From Moniliella sp. 'wahieum' (taxonomy: Eukaryota), in the NCBI GenBank assembly GCA_003971905.1, contig RSEE01000012.1, forward strand, positions 62,001 through 126,000: DNA of 64,000 bases. The letters run 5' to 3'. The notes beneath the pieces are model-generated. The model was not told the origin of the DNA and did no database searches. It was given only the letters and a program-made list of their open reading frames with translations. The position numbers and the translations under genes are program-made. Of this stretch, positions 60,489-64,000 are shown in pieces; the stretch's first letter is position 1, and each line of letters starts with the position of its first letter.

Positions 60489-62541
60489 ATGTCGTCCCTC
60501 GAGGCCTCTGCCCGCGCCTGGCTCGCCGCCGACTTTGACCCCGCCACCAAGGCTCAGCTCCAACGCATCCTCGATACCGGCGACAGCAGGCACTCCACCA
60601 AGGCTTTTGCGAACGCATGGCCTTTGGCACCGCCGGCCTCCGTGGCCTTATGGGCGTCGGACCCGCCAACATGAACGTACGTCCCTTCTTCTCTTCTTGC
60701 CTCTTCCCTTGTTCTCCAACGCCACTGACATGGACACGCTTCCTGCTGCAGCGCCTTGTCATCCGCCAAACGTCGGCCGGGCTGGCGGATTATCTGTTGG
60801 AGGCCAATGCGGCCAATGCCAGGCCAAGGGAGTGGTCATCGCATACGATGGCCGGCACATGTCCAAAGAGTGTACGTCCCCCTACCCTTACCATGTGGCA
60901 TAGAATGCACGCTAACCCCCCCCCCCCCCTCCCCCTTGCAAAGTTGCCGAGGACACAGGGGTGTCTTGGCGGCGCGCGGGGTCAAGGCTGCTGTACGACA
61001 CGTTGCACCCGACACCTCTCGGCGCGTTTGCGGTCAAGTATCTTGGTGCGGCAGCCGGAGTGGGGTGACGGCGTCCCAACCCGCCGCAGTACAATGGATA
61101 CAAAGTGTACTGGCAAGGCGGCAATCAGATCAATGCTCCCGTCGATGGCTTGATTGCTGGTGCGATTGCGCACGTCGCAGCAACGAGCCATCGCCAAGTG
61201 CTGTCCCTGGACGAGGCCAGGCGGCGGAAAGTTGCACTACCTCTCGAAGGAGATGTTTGATGCCTACCTCACTCAATCTTTGAGACCGTCGCCCACCCCA
61301 CGGGACCAGGGAAGGAGACCTCAAGATTGCCTACACACCCTTGCATGGTGTTGGCGCCCCTTTGCCGAGACCATCTTTCAGCGCGCTGGATTTCCCCATT
61401 GTATACGGTCCCTGAGAGAGGGAACCGATGGTGACTCCCCACCGTCAACTTCCCCAGTACGTCCACCCTTCCCCCTCCTTACCTGCGGCATACTGTGAAC
61501 GCTTTGACCCGCCTCAGACCCGGAGGAGAAAGGTGCGATGGATGGTGATTGCGCTGGCGGATGCCCAGGGGGCACAGCTGGCAGCGGCCAACGACCCCGA
61601 TGCCGATCGGATGAGTTGCTGTGCACGCCAGAAGGTGGAAAGATGGTACATTGACGGGCGACCAGGTGGGTGCGTTGCTTGGGTACCATATCCTTTCCAC
61701 CGCGCCCCAGGTAGTTGGGCACTGAACACGGTCGTCTCTTCGCGCTCTTGGCGCGCATCGCTCGGACTGGGGGCGCCAGTACCAGGAAACCTTGACGGGA
61801 TTCAAGTGGCTTGGTGCGGTGGCTAAGGACATTCAAGATCGTGGTGAACATTTGCTTTGCGTATGAAGAGGTACGTCCCCCTCTCCCCTCTTCCCTCTTC
61901 CTCTTTCCTCCTCTCCACTCCCCTCTCCTCTTCCCTTCTCCCTCTGATAGATGGCACGAAGGTTGTACTGACACGGAACAGGCGCTGGGCTACATGGTGA
62001 GTCCCATGGTATGGGACAAGGACGGTCTGTCGGCGATTGTGGCTCTGGCAGAGTTGCAGCCAAGTTGGACGGAGGGAGGCAAGACGTTGTGGGATCAGCT
62101 GGAGAGCTTGCACCGTCGTTTGGCGTGAGCATTACCTTGCCTCGCACATTCATTTGGCACCGGGTAGTTAAAGGCGGGGATCTGATGGTCAAGCTGCGCA
62201 AGGAACTGCCCACCAACGTCGGTGGCCACCCTGTGTCCTCATCTCCGACTACTAACAACCCAAGCAATCCTACCGACCGCACACCATTCCCAAAAAACGA
62301 TGTGTTGCGCTTCTACTTTGCCGATGCCACTTACCCCGCTAACTACCGCGTCCAAAGAGGAGATGCACTCAACGCACCCCGCATCATCATCCGTCCTCGG
62401 GAACCGAACCCAAGGTCAAAATCTACACGGAGAAGATCGACCAACTGTTGCCTGGCGAGAGCTACGACGAGGCTGTGGCGCGCGTCACCAAGGACTTGCA
62501 AGGTTGGTCGATGCTTTCTTTACGTTTGCTACGAGCTGTGA
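60489..62541 (+). CDS. Alpha-D-phosphohexomutase, PGM2/PRM15 (phosphoglucomutase/phosphopentomutase)-like; ~4 introns
   Basis: AFGTAGLRGLMGVG, IAYDGRH, VTAS(H)NPPQYNGYKVYW (split by an indel), ANDPDADR, FAYEE|ALGY, DKDGLSA, IIIRP...EPKVKIY. GTACGT introns at ~60677, 60872, 61457 and 61871. Confidence 0.9.
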
Positions 62542-63103
62542 AACGGAACGAGGCGCGGGATGCGGGATGCGGGATGCGGGACCCCCTCCCCCAACTCCTC
62601 CTTCCCCCTCGCCAAGGCGGACCGAGGAAATGCATGTCCGGTCGTCGGTTCCTCGGGGATCTAGAGGTGCCTGTGTCCACGCGTCCCCGAACCGTGTCGG
62701 TTCCGGTTCCTGCCCCCTTGGGAGAAGGACAAAAAAAAGCATGAAAAGATGGAAAATTGTCGAGTAGCCGTCCCTGGTCATGATCACGATGATCATGATG
62801 ACCATGATGTCGTTGTGACATGTGATGCACGTAGAGGTAAACGTGGGCACCTTGTCTCTGTTTCGGGCGAGGATCAGACTATACTTATGAGGATCTCGAT
62901 GATCGGAGATGAATGGATAGACAATAGGTTTGTGCCGACGGAAGGGCCATCAATGTGGGAGCTAGTGCGACGAGCAAGGAGGGTCGATGATTGAAGGTTG
63001 AAGTGTGCATGGATGAGGAGACGGGAGAACGGAGGGGAAGAGGGACGGGGGGACAGGGGGAGGGGAGGGGAAGAAAGCTGCTATAGTACCCCGGCCAGCA
63101 GCC

Positions 63104-63951
63104 TCACAGGGCCGAGCGAGCACTGCGTTTGGCCGCCTTGTTCTCGCCCCTGCGTACTTTTTGCTCCTTGGTACGCTTCTTGTGCGCCTGGGCCAGACGG
63201 TGCACCTTGACCAACTTTTCGTCGTCCGTGTGCGATGGCAAGCCTGCCCTGGCCACCTGGAGCAGATGCGCCTGGATACGCGCAAGTGCCACACGCAAAT
63301 TCGCATGCTGCGACCGACTGTCTTGCGCATCAAAGTTAATGCTATGAGACGACGACAACGTAGTGCGCACCGCTCCGCAGCACAAGTGCCTTGACCACCG
63401 TCGCGGGCAGCCATGCAGGGGGACGCACAAGCCGAGCCAAGGTGGAACTGGGGAGAGCGTTGCTGCTCGCTGTGTCTCCAGAGCACGACGCGCATCAGGC
63501 GAAAGTGACGCGCAGTGGATAACGGAAGGACTACCTGCGCCTTGGACCGGGTCTTGTTGACGTGCTGCCCACCAGGACCGGAGGAGTACACGTACCCGAC
63601 GCGGATGCCCTTGGTGGTCATCAGCGCCTGCGGCGCCCGGCGTGTCCCATTCCTCCGCCTCCAACGACGCGAGGAAATCACGGCGCTGGGCCAGGTCGGG
63701 CGGACGCTCCCACGGCCATCCTTGCTGGTGCGACAGGCGCGAGGCCTGGTCGCGCTGGGCCACGGCCACGCTGGGCTCGGCGCGCGGCTTGGGCTTGGTG
63801 CAAGGCCGCGTGGTGTGGAGCGTGCGCGTGCGGAAGGACGCACCTGCTGCGCCGCGCGGCACACAGCCACACACACGTGCACACGGCCAGGACGCCACGA
63901 CGCTCGGCCCCAAGCGCACGGCGGCGGGCGGAGGAGCGTGGAGACGCACAT
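63104..63951 (-). CDS. Mitochondrial RF-1-domain peptidyl-tRNA hydrolase (ICT1/mL62/Pth4-like); start uncertain
   Basis: YSSGPGGQHVNKTRSKA (GGQ motif), DAQDSRSQHANLRVAL and a basic C-terminal tail HKKRTKEQKVRRGENKAAKR, typical of ICT1/ArfB. Confidence 0.85.
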
Positions 63952-64000
63952 CGCCGACGAGCTGGCTGCGGCACACGCGAGCGGCCGTCCAGGAAGGCCG

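Overview
GC-rich eukaryotic (fungal) genomic DNA, most likely from an intron-poor basidiomycete. This is inferred from GT(A/G)(A/C/T)GT...CTRAC...YAG spliceosomal introns, the low intron density and a UXS1 gene. The window holds about 18 protein-coding genes. The recognisable ones are a classical protein tyrosine phosphatase, a mitochondrial PPR protein, an aldo-keto reductase, a membrane protein with one mitochondrial-carrier repeat, a SWI3/RSC8(SMARCC)-type subunit, prohibitin PHB1, a peroxisomal Lon protease (C-terminal ARL), condensin SMC4, the NDR kinase CBK1, UDP-glucuronate decarboxylase UXS1, an S28 serine peptidase, a DHA2 MFS transporter, a PGM2/PRM15-like phosphomutase and an ICT1/Pth4-like peptidyl-tRNA hydrolase; the rest are hypothetical genes. 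Nearly every gene, including essential ones, is broken by single-base indels. That points to an unpolished long-read assembly rather than pseudogenes, so gene ends are approximate. Non-genic structure includes a family of TGTCA...TGACA solo-LTR-like elements. Two of them lie in inverted orientation around the carrier-repeat gene, and two copies (16188 and 41174) carry a perfect terminal hairpin of different sequence. There are also probable Ty1/copia RNase H relics, a ~171-bp degenerate tandem repeat, two minisatellite arrays and recurrent intergenic motifs. I found no CRISPR, rRNA or tRNA, and no convincing wholly new biological system; the best leads are listed as findings.
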